Of a stretch of DNA of 64,000 nt, positions 36,631-47,511 are shown one piece after another. A program made the translations under genes and the position numbers. Within the stretch, counting starts at the first letter, position 1; each line of letters opens with the position of its first letter. Below the pieces are notes generated by a model. It did not search any database and had not been told where the DNA came from. It worked only from the letters and a program-made list of their open reading frames with translations. Source of the DNA: Scenedesmus sp. PABB004 (Eukaryota); NCBI GenBank assembly GCA_014905635.1, contig JABVCE010000022.1, forward strand, positions 372,001-436,000. Direction: 5' to 3'.

Positions 36631-37768
36631 GTGCTGCTGTTCATGCTGCTGCTGCTCCGCGCCATGGCCGTGCTGCCCGTGGCGGCCGTGGGCGTGGCGG
36701 CGGTGCGCCGGCAGCGCTGGCGGCGCCGGCGGCAGGCGCGACAGGCTGAGCAGGTTGTGGGCCTGCTGCAGCATGGCCTGCTGCTCGGCCGACAGCCGCG
36801 CGACGTCGGCCGCGGCCGCGTCGTCATCGGCGGCCCCGTCGTCCGCGGGCGGCGCGCCCCTGGGCGGCCGTCCAGCCGGCGGCGTCGTCGTGCGGCCGCT
36901 CTGCTGCCGCGACTGCTGCAGCTGCTGGCTGAACTGGCTGAACGCGCCGGCGGTGGCCGCCGACTGCCCGGATGCGTCGTTGCTGGCGCCGAGGGAGCTG
37001 GCGCCGTCGCCCGCGGCCGGCGCGACGGGCGCGCTGGGCGGCAGCTGCGCGCGAGCGCCCGTGCCGCTGCCGGCGCCGCTGCCGCCCGAGCCGCTGCCGT
37101 CGCTGGCATCGTCGCCCTGCTGCGCAACACCCAGCTCCGGCGCGGCATGCGTCTGGCCGCCCGCGCCGTGCGCCAGCAGCGGCTGCAGGCCGCCCAGCTG
37201 CTGCTGCATCAGCAGCGCCTGGACCTCGGGGGCCAGGCCGCCGCCGCCGGCGCCGCCGCCCAGCTGCGCCTGCAGCTGGGCCACCGCCGCCAGCGAGGCC
37301 AGCGGGCCCGCCGACGCCGCCGCGGCGGGGCCAAACACGCCGCTGGCTGCGGCCGCGGCCGCCGCGCCCGCGCCGGCCGCGGCCACGCCGCTGCCCAGCT
37401 GCGCGAGCAGCGCCTGCAGCTGCGTCGCTGCGGGGCCGGCGGGGCCGGCGCCGCCGCCCGCCGCCGCCGCCGGCAGCTGCTTGCTGGTCGCCGCCACCGC
37501 CGCGGGCTGCGCCGCGCACGCTCCCACGAGCGCCGACAGCAGGGCCGGGTGTGCGCCCACCAGCGCAGCCGCCGCGGGGTTCGCCAGCAGCGAGGCCAGG
37601 TTCTGGTGGCCTGCGCGCGCAGCGGCAGCAGCGGCGGTGAGCCGAGAGGCCGCCGTCGATTGCCGCGCCGGCGGCGCCGCGCCGCGACCGGCCGCGCCGG
37701 CGTTGCCCGCGCCACGCACCTCCGTCGCCGGTTACCTCAACTCCTGACTTTGGAGTTCCCGATTCCAT
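34688..37768 (-). CDS. GARP/SHAQKYF Myb transcription factor, LUX ARRHYTHMO/PCL1-like
   Basis: [59 protein letters not shown] (~35925-36105); Gln/Ala-rich N-terminal part in another frame, joined near ~36290; first exon [16 protein letters not shown], intron ~37612-37719; no receiver domain seen. Confidence 0.85.
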
Positions 37769-37855
37769 GGCCTGCGGAGCGCCGGCGCGCGTGGGCTCGC
37801 CAAACGTGCGGAAAGGAGCAGGGGCATGCCCTCCTCCCGATCGCTCCGCGCGCCA

Positions 37856-40101
37856 CGGCCCCCGCGCGCACGCCCGGCGCCGGCGGGCGGCGCCCCGGCG
37901 CCGTCGCGCGGGCGCGGCGCGCCCCCGCGCCCTGGGCGGCGCTGATTCGCCGGCGCCAGCCGGAGAGCTGCCTGATTTTCCGCCCGCGCCGCGCGCCGCG
38001 CGCCGCAGGCCCCGCGCGGTGGCGGGACCGCTCACCCTGGGCAGCGCACGGCCGCCGCTGGGCCAACCGCCGCAGGGGCGCCCCGCGCGCCGAGCGGTGC
38101 TTCTGGTGGCCCGTGCGCGGAGCCGGCGTGCGGGCCGCCGCCGAGGCCCTCAGCCCTCCCCGTCCTCCTCCTGGGCTGCCTGGGCCATGTGGGCCGTGCA
38201 GGCCGGCGCGTGGCGCTGAGGCTGCCTGTGCGTGGCCCCGACTGGTGCGCTTGTGGGCGCTGCGCTGGCCGGCTGCCGCGCGTGGTGCTGGCGGGTCGTG
38301 GAGCCCGGGATCGATGGCCGCGGGCGCAAGCTGCGCGGGGGCAGTCGCGAGCGCTGATTTTGTCACTATTTGCAGATATGGTCACATATGCTTGGAGGTC
38401 GCGCCCGCACTGAGCGGCCAGCCTTCTGAGCGCGCGGCTGTGGTCGGCCGCCGCCGGCAGCGCTCGGCCGGGCGCGCGCGCGACGCCGGCCCGCAGGCCC
38501 GCACAATCCTGGTCGCGCCCGCCGCGCGCCAGCCCGGAGCCGCGCGGTGCGTGCGGGCGCTGTGGGACGAGACGGTGCGGCCACGCGGGCGCCGCGCCAG
38601 GGTGGCGGCCCCAGCGCGCCGCGCGCGGGCGGCGGAGCCGGGCGCCGCCGCGCGGCGCGGCCGCCGCCGCGCGGGATCATCCCGCATGATGCATGCACCC
38701 CGGCGGGGCACGCCGGCGATCGCCTGGCTCGCGAGCCAGGCCGGCGCCTGCGGGGCAGCGGCGGTGCGGCGGGCGCGCGCTGCGTCAAAGCCCCGCGCCG
38801 CGGGGCCCTGGCGGCGAGCCGCCCGCCGGCTGCCGCGCGCCTGCGCCGCAACCGCGTGCGAGCGGGCAGGCCCTGCATAGCAGCAGCAATGGCCCCGCCG
38901 GGCGCGGGCAGCCATCCCCCGCAGGCCAGGCATTGGCGGCCGGTGGGCCGGTGCTGCCGAGCGGGTGCAACCCGGCCCCCGCGTCGTGAGAAGCGCTGAT
39001 TGCCGGCGCCAGCCGCCAGAGCTGCTGCCTGGTTTTTCGCGCGCGCCGCGCCCCGCGCGCCGCAGGCCCTGCGCGCGGACGCGGCGGCGGCTCACCCTGG
39101 GCCACCCCCGCGCCGGGCGCGCCCCCGGGGGCGCGCGAAGCCATTGCTAATGGCTGCTGCTATGCAGGGCCTGCCCGCTCGCACGCGGCTGCGAGCGGCG
39201 CAGGCGCGCGGCAGCCGGCGGGCGGCTCGCCGCCAGGGCCCTGCGGCGCGGGGCTTTGACACAGCGCATCATGCGGGATGATCCCGCGCGGCGGCGGCCG
39301 CGCCGCGCGGCGGCGCCCGGCTCCGCCGCCCGCGCGCGGCGCGCTGGGGCCGCCACCCTGGCGCGGCGCCCGCGTGGCCGCACCGTCTCGTCCCACAGCG
39401 CCCGCACGCACCGCGCGGCTCCGGGCTGGCGCGCGGCGGGCGCGACCAGGATTGTGCGGGCCTGCGGGCCGGCGTCGCGCGCGCGCCCGGCCGAGCGCTG
39501 CCGGCGGCGGCCGACCACAGCCGCGCGCTCAGAAGGCTGGCCGCTCAGTGCGGGCGCGACCTCCAAGCATATGTGACCATATCTGCAAATAGTGACAAAA
39601 TCAGCGCTCGCGACTGCCCCCGCGCAGCTTGCGCCCGCGGCCATCGATCCCGGGCTCCACGACCCGCCAGCACCACGCGCGGCAGCCGGCCAGCGCAGCG
39701 CCCACAAGCGCACCAGTCGGGGCCACGCACAGGCAGCCTCAGCGCCACGCGCCGGCCTGCACGGCCCACATGGCCCAGGCAGCCCAGGAGGAGGACGGGG
39801 AGGGCTGAGGGCCTCGGCGGCGGCCCGCACGCCGGCTCCGCGCACGGGCCACCAGAAGCACCGCTCGGCGCGCGGGGCGCCCCTGCGGCGGTTGGCCCAG
39901 CGGCGGCCGTGCGCTGCCCAGGGTGAGCGGTCCCGCCACCGCGCGGGGCCTGCGGCGCGCGGCGCGCGGCGCGGGCGGAAAATCAGGCAGCTCTCCGGCT
40001 GGCGCCGCGAATCAGCGCCGCCCAGGGCGCGGGGGCGCGCCGCGCCCGCGCGACGGCGCCGGGGCGCCGCCCGCCGGCGCCGGGCGTGCGCGCGGGGGCC
40101 G
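37856..40101. repeat. Long inverted repeat: arms ~37856-38893 and ~39140-40101, ~245-bp spacer
   Basis: Read directly: ttttgtcactatttgcagatatggtcacatatgcttggagg (~38358) vs cctccaagcatatgtgaccatatctgcaaatagtgacaaaa (~39560); identical ORF translations on opposite strands (e.g. 38032-38385 - and 39573-39926 +). Confidence 0.97.
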
Positions 40102-40494
40102 CCCTGCTGGGCGGGGCGCGCGGAGTGCTGGGTGCCCTACTCCTGCCGCCGTGTGGGGCCCTGCCAGCACGCACTCGGCGCCCACAGCGCGCGCGGTGCG
40201 CGGCCGCAGGGCTCGCCGCCAGGGCTCGCGCGGCGCGGGGCATTTGGCGCGGCGACGACAGCCCACGCCCGCCGCGTCCGCCGGTTGTTCGGGTGCTCGT
40301 CGGGCTCACCGGCGCGACCGCAGGCGCACGCGCTCTCGCACGGGAGCAGAGCGCCCGGGCGCCAGCGCGGGGGCCGCTCAAACAGGGGCAGCCGCGCTCC
40401 ACGCGACCCGCGACCGCCTGGAGCGCGTGGCGCCAGCCTTGGGTACGCGGCGTGGGGGCATGGAGGTGCTCAGGTGGGCGGGCAGGGCCAGCTG

Positions 40495-42243
40495 ATGGAT
40501 GGAGCAGCGGCGGCAGCTGCGGGAGCAGCATGCCCAGCGGGCGGCCATTCCCGCACGCCCATCTCCTTCATGCTCCCGCGCGCCGCTGCCTCGCGGCTGC
40601 CCGCTGCCGCGCGGTCGGTGCGCGTCGGCGGCGGCCTGGGCCGCGCGTCGGCGGCGGCCTGGGCCGCGCGCCGCCGCTGCAGCCCCAGCCGCCCCGCGCT
40701 GCGCCGCGCAGGTCGCTGTGTGGCGGCGAGCCGCCGCCGGTCACGTGCACCACGCGGCCGGGGCAGGTGGACGCGGTGCCGGAGCAGACGGCGAGCCTCA
40801 TCGCGCCGGGGCCGGCCGTGCTGCACGCGCTCACCGGTCCCGGCGACGGCGCGGCCGGCGCCAAGCACAAGCTCGCCGGTGCGGCGCGCGGCGGCAGCGC
40901 GGCCAGGCCGCGCCCGCGCGGTCGGCGCTCACCCGCGCCGGCGCGCGCCGCGCAGAGCTCGGCGTCGCCTGGCAGCCGCAGGCAGAGGAGCCGGCCGGCG
41001 CGGCGCGCGGCGGCGGCGGCGGCGGCGCGCAGCAGCAGCCGTGCTGCTGGGGCGAGGCGCTGTCCCTGTACGACCGCGACCCCGCCACGGGCGCGCGCAA
41101 CGGCGAGCCCGTGGCCGACTGCTTCGCGGCGCTCGCCTACGCCGACGGCGGCGCCGTGCTGGCGCTCGCCGATGGCGTCAACTGGGGCGAGCGCGCGGCC
41201 GCCGCGGCGCGCGCCGCCGTGCACGGCTTCGTCGTGCACGTGCATGCCGAGCTGGCGGCCAAGCAGGGTGCGCGGCGCGGCCGGCGCGCGGGGCACGCGG
41301 GCGGCCGCGGCGGCAGGCGGCGCTGCGGCAGCCGCGCAACACAGCCCCGCAGCCCACGCCGCCGCCGCCGCCGCCGCCGCCGCTGCAGGCGGCCGCCCCG
41401 TCGGCAGCGCCGCCGCGTTTGGCGTCCTGCGCGCCGCGGTGCACGCGGCGCAGGCACAGGTGCTGGCGTCGGACGGCACGCTCACCACGCTCGTGGGCGC
41501 GCTCGTCGCGCGGCCGCGGCGCGGCGGCGGCGCGCGCGCGCTGTGCGTGGTGATCGGCGACAGCCCCGCGTACGCCTGGCGCGCCGGGCAGCGCGCCGTG
41601 GAGGAACTGAATTACGTTCCGCCCCCGCACGGCTTCCACAGGTGCGGCCGCGGCGCACGCGCACGCGCACGCGCCGCCGCTCGCCGCGCCGCGCCGCCGC
41701 CCGCCGCGCCGCGCCGCCGCCCGCCGCGCCCGCCCGCGCCGCGGCCGCGGCCGACGCGCCGGCCCACGCGCCGCGCCAGGGACCCGCGCGCGTGCCCGGG
41801 GTGCCTGGGCTACGCCATCGGCGAGGCGCCCGACCTGAGCAACATCAGCTACAGCCTCACGCGCCTCGACCCGGGTGCGGCGCGCGGCGCCCGCGCCCGC
41901 CCCGCCCGCCTTTCCGCCCTCGCGCCCGCGGCCCACCGCGCCCGCGGCTCACCGCTCGCCGCGCCTGTGGCTCACCGCGCACCGCGGCCGCGCCCGCGCC
42001 GATCCGCCGCGGCCGCGCCCGCGGCGCAGGTGACGTCATCTTCCTGGCCAGTGACGGCGTGTCGGACAACTTTGACCCGGTCGTGCGCAAGCACGCCTCC
42101 GCGCGCCCCAGCAGCGAGGGCAGCAGCCGGCTGCCCGGCGTCGGCGCGCTCAGCCCGGCGACGTGCCACAGCATGGCCCTCGCCGAAATGGCGGCCACGC
42201 TCGCAGACGCGTGCCGCGGCGGCGCGGCGGCGGCGGCGGCGCT

Positions 42244-42306
<63 letters not shown>

Positions 42307-42612
42307 GCCCCGGGCGCGGCGCAGCGCGGCGGCGGGCCGCAGACGGCGGCGGCGCCGCAGGCCGGCGCCAGCGGCTCGCCGCTGCCGCTCCCGCCGCCAG
42401 ACGGGCGCGCGCTCACGGCGCGCGGCGCGGTAGCGGCGCTGCTCGGCTTTGCGTCGGCCGGCACCGCCGCGCAGCGCGCCGCGCTCGAGGCGCCCGAGCG
42501 GCCGCGCGACGCCGCGGAGCTGGCGGACGAGGTCGCGGCGCTGCCGGGCAAGATGGACCACGCCGCCGTCGTCGCGTTCAAGGTCCCGCAGCGCCCCGCC
42601 GGCGGGCGCTGA
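40495..42612 (+). CDS. PP2C/SpoIIE-fold protein (CG9801-like), multi-exon
   Basis: SLYDRDP..GEPVADCF, LALADGVNWGE..AARAAVHG, TLTTL, VIGDSPAY, PDLSN, DVIFLASDGVSDNFDP, PGKMDHAAVVAF; frame change just after the poly-Q (~42310); start tentative. Confidence 0.82.
42245..42304 (+). repeat. (CAG)20 microsatellite encoding poly-Gln
   Basis: Perfect CAG run in the last exon of the PP2C-like gene. Confidence 0.95.
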
Positions 42613-42971
42613 GGCGTCGCGCCGCCGCGGCGGAGTGCGCGCGGGGAGGGGCCGTGCAGAGAGGAGCGGGGGCTCGGTTGCGCGGCAGCTGCCTAGGCAG
42701 GATGGAATTGCTTGCGCGTTGACCAGAGTGGGGGCAGCAGCGGCAGGGACCTGGGCGCCATTGAATCAAGCATCCGCGCGTCACACGGCACGCGCCCGCC
42801 GCCTGCGCGGCGGCCGTGCTGTGGCGCCGCGCTGCGGCGCTTGACCCGGGCGACCGCCCCCCGGCGACGCCGCGCGCGCACGCACCACCATTGCCATTCC
42901 TTTGCCCGGCCGCGGGGGCCACCGAGGTGACGCGGACACCGCCGCCGCCGCCGCCGCCACCGCCACGACGG

Positions 42972-44645
42972 TCAGTGCTTGCGCCCGGCCCGCTTGCCGC
43001 CGCCGCCCTTGCCGCCGCGCGCGGCGCTGATGAAGCCGCGCTGCTCCAGGAGCTCGCGGGCGGTGTTGTTGATGATCCCGAAGCGCGCCGGGCCCAGCAG
43101 CACGCCCCCGAACCAGCGCGACACGACCACCACCGCGCCCTGCACGTCCGCCGCCTGCGCGCGGCGCGGCGTGGCGGGCGCGGCGCTCCGCGCGGCGGGC
43201 GCTCCGCGCCGCACGGCGCACGCGGCGCGGCGCGCCGGCCCGGCCCCGCCCGGCCCCGCCCGGCGCGCGCGCCTGCAGCAGGTGCAGCAGCCGCCCGCCC
43301 GCCGCCGCCTCGCCGTCGTCGTCGTAGTCCATCCAGGTGCGCCCGGGGTCGCCCGGCGCGGGGATGCGGTACGCCTGCGACGCGCGGCGCGCGCGCGCGC
43401 GCGCGGGGGCGGCGCCGCGGCACTGGGCGCGCCGCGCCGGCGCGCGGCGGCGCTCAAGGCGCGGGGCGCGCGGCGCGGGACCGCCAGGCACGTCAGGCAC
43501 CACCAACCATGATGTTGTGTGTGGCGTGGCGGATCTTATTACTCTCAAGCAGCACCGCGAGCACTGCGTGCACCTCGGCCACGCTCGACACGGGCGCGAC
43601 GTGCGCCTGCGGCGGCGGCGCGGGGCGAGCGTCGCGCGCGGCGTTCCCCGCCCGGGCGGCGGCGGCCCGGCCGCAGCGGGGCCGGCTCGCGGCGCGCGCA
43701 CCTGGAACGTGGACTTGCGCTCGGTGTGGGGCTCGCCCGAGACAATCAGCCCCCGCATGCGTGCCACGACCGCCGACTCGGCAGCAGGCGCGGCGGCCAG
43801 CTCGCGGCCGTCCTGCGGCGGCAGCGGCGCGGCGGCGGGGCCGGGGGGTCGTGCGCTGCCCCCGGCGCAGCACCGCCTGGCCCTGCCCGCCCACCGCAGG
43901 CCAGCCCCTGGCCGTCCGCCGCACCCGCCCAGCTGCCTCGGGCAGGCCGCGCAGCTCGGGGTCCAACGCCTCGTCGCTGCCGCTGCCGTCGCCGTCGCTG
44001 CCGCTCCCGGCCGCCGCCGCTGCCGCGGCCGCTGCCGCCGCCGCCGCCGCCGCCGCTGCTGCGCCCTCCTCCGCGGCCGCGTCTTGCCACGCCGCAAGGC
44101 GCTCGCGCAGCCACTCTATGCATGTGAACATGCACACCTCCCCTGTCGACGCGGCGGCGGCAGCGCACGCCCCGGCTCGCGCGGCCGCGCGAGCTGCCGC
44201 CGCCGGGCGCCGCCCCCGGTGTGCAACACCCGGCGCGCGGCCGCACCTGGCACGAAGAGGGCCTCCATCTCCCGCACCGCCCCCTGCAGCTGCGCGTCCG
44301 GCACGTGGCTCGCCTCGACCTCCAGCACCGGCCCCACGCGCGACGGGTAGCCCCCCGGCAGCAGCGCGCGCAGCACGCAGCGCGGCGCGGCGGCCCTGCC
44401 CGGCAGGAACGCCTGGCGGCCGCAGCGCGCCGCCGGGCGCGCGTGGCGGCGCGCGCCGCCGGCGCCGCGGCGGCGGGCTGCCGCCGGGGGGCCGCGGCGG
44501 CCGCGCCGCGCCCCCGGCGCCGCACCTTGACGACGTTGCCGGCTTCGTCCAGCTCCAGCTCATCCGAGCCGTAGATGGCGGCCAGCGCGCCGCGCTCCTC
44601 CTCGCGCGCCACCGCGTCAGGGTCAGCGGCGGCGCCGGCGCTCAT
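42972..44645 (-). CDS. IMPACT: IMPACT/YIH1 (RWD + UPF0029 domain), GCN1-binding regulator
   Basis: EEERGALAAIYG, LPGGYPS (RWD), GEVCMFTCIEWLRE; GEPHTERKSTFQ/AH, KIRHATHNIM/AYR, DDDGEAAAGGRLLHLL, VVVSRWFGGVLLGPARF. Confidence 0.93.
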
Positions 44646-46869
44646 GCCGCCGCCGCCGCTGCCGCCGGTGGCTGCGCACAAGAGGCAGCTGGCACGACCG
44701 CGGCTGTCGGCGCCGGCAGCGACGCTGCTGCGCCGCCTCTGCTTCCACCTCTGCTACCAGCACCTCTGCTGCCGCGCCTCTGCTGGTCAGAGAGCGCAGG
44801 CGGCTGGGGGTTCAGGAGGCGGCAGCGGCACGAGCAGAGCAGCGCAGCAGCGCTGTCGCCGGCAGCAGCGAGTGCCCTGCTCTCGCCCCAGTCGCGCTCG
44901 CTCCGTGCGCCACGCGACGCGGGGGAGAGCGTGTTGCTGTCGCGTTGGGGCGGGCCGGGGCGCCCAGGGCCCAGCGGCGCCGGCGCGCGCAGGCGCAGCG
45001 GCGCGGGCGGCGGCTGCGTTGCGATCGAGTTGCGGCGGCGGCGCTGGCCTAGGGAATGTCGTGCCGCTGCTGCTGCTGCTGGAGGGCGCTGCGGCCAGTT
45101 GGGCTTGACAGGAAGGCGCGCTGGGTTGTTACAGCTGAACCTCCGGACGCCCCCGCGCGCGCAATCGGCGCGCGAGGCGCGTGCGCAGTGCTGTTGGGGC
45201 AGTGGGGGCAGTGCTTAGCAGTGGGGGCAGTGCTTAGCAGTGCCCCTGTGCACAAAGGAATGCATTGCTGCTGCTGCTGTCAGCTGTAGCTGATGATGGC
45301 TGACGGGCGTGCGCTGTCAGCCAGCAGCTCAGCACACACGTCAGTCAGTCACGCGCGCACGCGAGGCGTGGGGGGAGGCGTGGCTGGCTGGCCGAGAGAT
45401 TCATTTTCTCCGGCCAGCGTGGTTGTGGGGGGCGGGGCGCATCCAGCAGCAGCTCAAAAGAAGGTCGGGAAAGAAGGAAGGAATGGCAGCAGCAGCGACG
45501 CGCGGCGCGCGCACGAGGCCGCTGCGGCACACCACCACGCTTTGGCACACAAAGCACACAACCACGTGCGCGTGCACCAGCTCAGCGTGGTGGTCGCATG
45601 CTCCCCTCTCTCAGCAGCACACACACAACGGGAACACGAGCCATCATCATCGGGTGCGGTGTACTTTGACGTTTTGATGGTTTGCGAGGAGCGGCCGCCG
45701 CAGGGTGCGCAGCCCCTCGATCAATCACAGGTTGGCAGGACCAACCGGCACGCAGCCCTCAATCGAGGGCCGGCGGTGGGAGCGGAGCCCAGCAGCGGCA
45801 GCGAGCTGCCAAGCGTGGGTGCCCACGGAGCAGTGCGTGCTGCTCCCAATCACTCAATCGCGGGCAGCCCGCGTCGGGCCGTGCCCAGGTACACAACAGC
45901 CACGCAAGCGTCAGGGCTCCAGGCAGGGGCGGGCGCGGGCGCGCGGCCCCGCCGCCGAGCCGGCGGCCCCGGTGCAAGGCAACTGAACTGAACGGGGCAC
46001 ACGTGCGCGCGCCTGTCGCGCGCGCACAGAGGCTCTGCCCCAGGCAAGTGAGTGAGCGTGCGCAACGTCTGGCTGCTTGGTGGTCGTGCCAGCCAGGTGC
46101 GCAATGACAATGCAGGATCGCAGTGCGGGGCTGATCAAACGTGGTGCGTGGGGTGGCGCAGCCGCGCAGACGCGAGCGAGCGCTGCGATCAAGCTGACAA
46201 AACGCTGCCGGCAGCAAGCCCGCCGCTGATGCTGCTGCTGATGCTGATGAAAAGCAAGAGCAAAGCAAAGCAACCAGGCGGGGTGTGCGAAAGACAGACA
46301 AGCGCGGCTAAGTACCCTTGCGGGGCAAAAACGTACGTACGTACAGCGGGCCGGGCCGCAGGCGCCAGGCACCGAGCATCGCGCGCCGCCAGTCGGGGCC
46401 AGCACGGCGGCCGCGCAGGCCGAGCAGGCCGAGCAGGCTAGAGGCTTCCACCGTCGCACAGTCACGTTGCGGTAGGGTTGAAAGGGATGCATACAGTGAG
46501 ACAGCGGCCGCCAGCCAGCGTCGCGCGCGTGAGCGCGCGTCGGCAGACCGCCAACCGGCTGTTGGAATCATCGGAGTAGATATGTGCACACATTGCCACC
46601 GACCGCGCTGCGCCGCGAGGGCCGGAAGCACGGGTGCTGAGCAGTGCTGAGGGTCGCGGGCGCGCGCGCGCGCGCGCGGGCCAGTGGGGGCCCGCGCGCG
46701 CGCGAGGGCGCCGCGCAAGAGAGATGCTGGGACGCCCTTGGGGCGTCGCACGCAGGGAGACTGCACAGAGCTGCTACGCGCTGCACATTGGTGCAGCGCG
46801 GCGCCGCAGGCCGCGCGGGCGCCGGCAATCGCCCGGCCCGCCGGCCGCGGCTGCGGCGGCGGGCGGGGC

Positions 46870-47511
46870 TCACAGCGGCGCGGGGCGCCAGCTGCTGCAC
46901 GCCTCGTCGCCGCCCTCCTCCTCCTCCTCCTGCACCGCGTCGAGGTGCTGCGGGCACTGCAGCGCCGCCATGAGGCCCGCCAGGCGCTGCTGCTCCGCCG
47001 CCTGCGCGGCCGCGGCCTCGCCGGCGCGCTCGCGCTGCAGCACCGCCGCGGCGAGCTGCTGCGCGATCTGCATGCGGTGGATGGTCCGGCACATCGCGCC
47101 CTCCGCCGCCTCCAGCGCCGCGCCGGCGGTCTCGCCGTCGGGCGAGAGCGCCCAGCAGCTGCACGCCGCCTGAAACGCCTCCATGGTGCGGCTGAGCGAG
47201 CGGCTGGCGAGGGCGATGGCGATGTCGAGCAGCTTCTCCAGCGGCTGCTCGCGCAGCGCGCCCACGCCGGCGCCGCCGCTGCTCGCCGCCGGCGGCGCTC
47301 CGGCGGCCTGGAGACGCGGGCTGAGCGGCTGCCACGCCATGGCCTCGGGCTGCGACGCCGCCGCCGCCGCCGCCGCGGCCGCGCGCGGCGGTCCGCAGGC
47401 GGCGCCAGACCCCGAGCGGCTGCTGCTGCTCGCCGGCCGGCTGGGCGGGTACGGCGACAGCCGGCTGGCGCCGAGGGTCTTTCGCCGGATGCTATAGCTG
47501 CTGGTGCTCAT
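46870..47511 (-). CDS. Hypothetical protein (Ser-rich N-terminus, helical C-terminus); the frame is open further upstream to 47835
   Basis: MSTSSYSIRRKTLGASRLSPYPP..EQPLEKLLDIAIALASRSLSRTMEAFQAACSCW..; coding-like residue mix and GC3 bias; a CGCAG acceptor lies just upstream; no family recognised. Confidence 0.6.
   Translation of the reverse strand: MSTSSYSIRRKTLGASRLSPYPPSRPASSSSRSGSGAACGPPRAAAAAAAAASQPEAMAWQPLSPRLQAAGAPPAASSGGAGVGALREQPLEKLLDIAIALASRSLSRTMEAFQAACSCWALSPDGETAGAALEAAEGAMCRTIHRMQIAQQLAAAVLQRERAGEAAAAQAAEQQRLAGLMAALQCPQHLDAVQEEEEEGGDEACSSWRPAPL

Noticed and set aside
38374..38381. Evening element in the LUX-like promoter (AGATAT)
   Set aside because: Only a partial match to AAAATATCT.
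37737..39940. Paired identical ORFs in the inverted-repeat arms (MTKSALAT.., MTISANSD..)
   Set aside because: A by-product of the repeat; non-ATG starts, no motifs, no transposase signature.
18..44645. Functional cluster of RWD ribosome-stress genes (LTN1 and IMPACT)
   Set aside because: About 36 kb apart with unrelated genes between; coincidence is sufficient.
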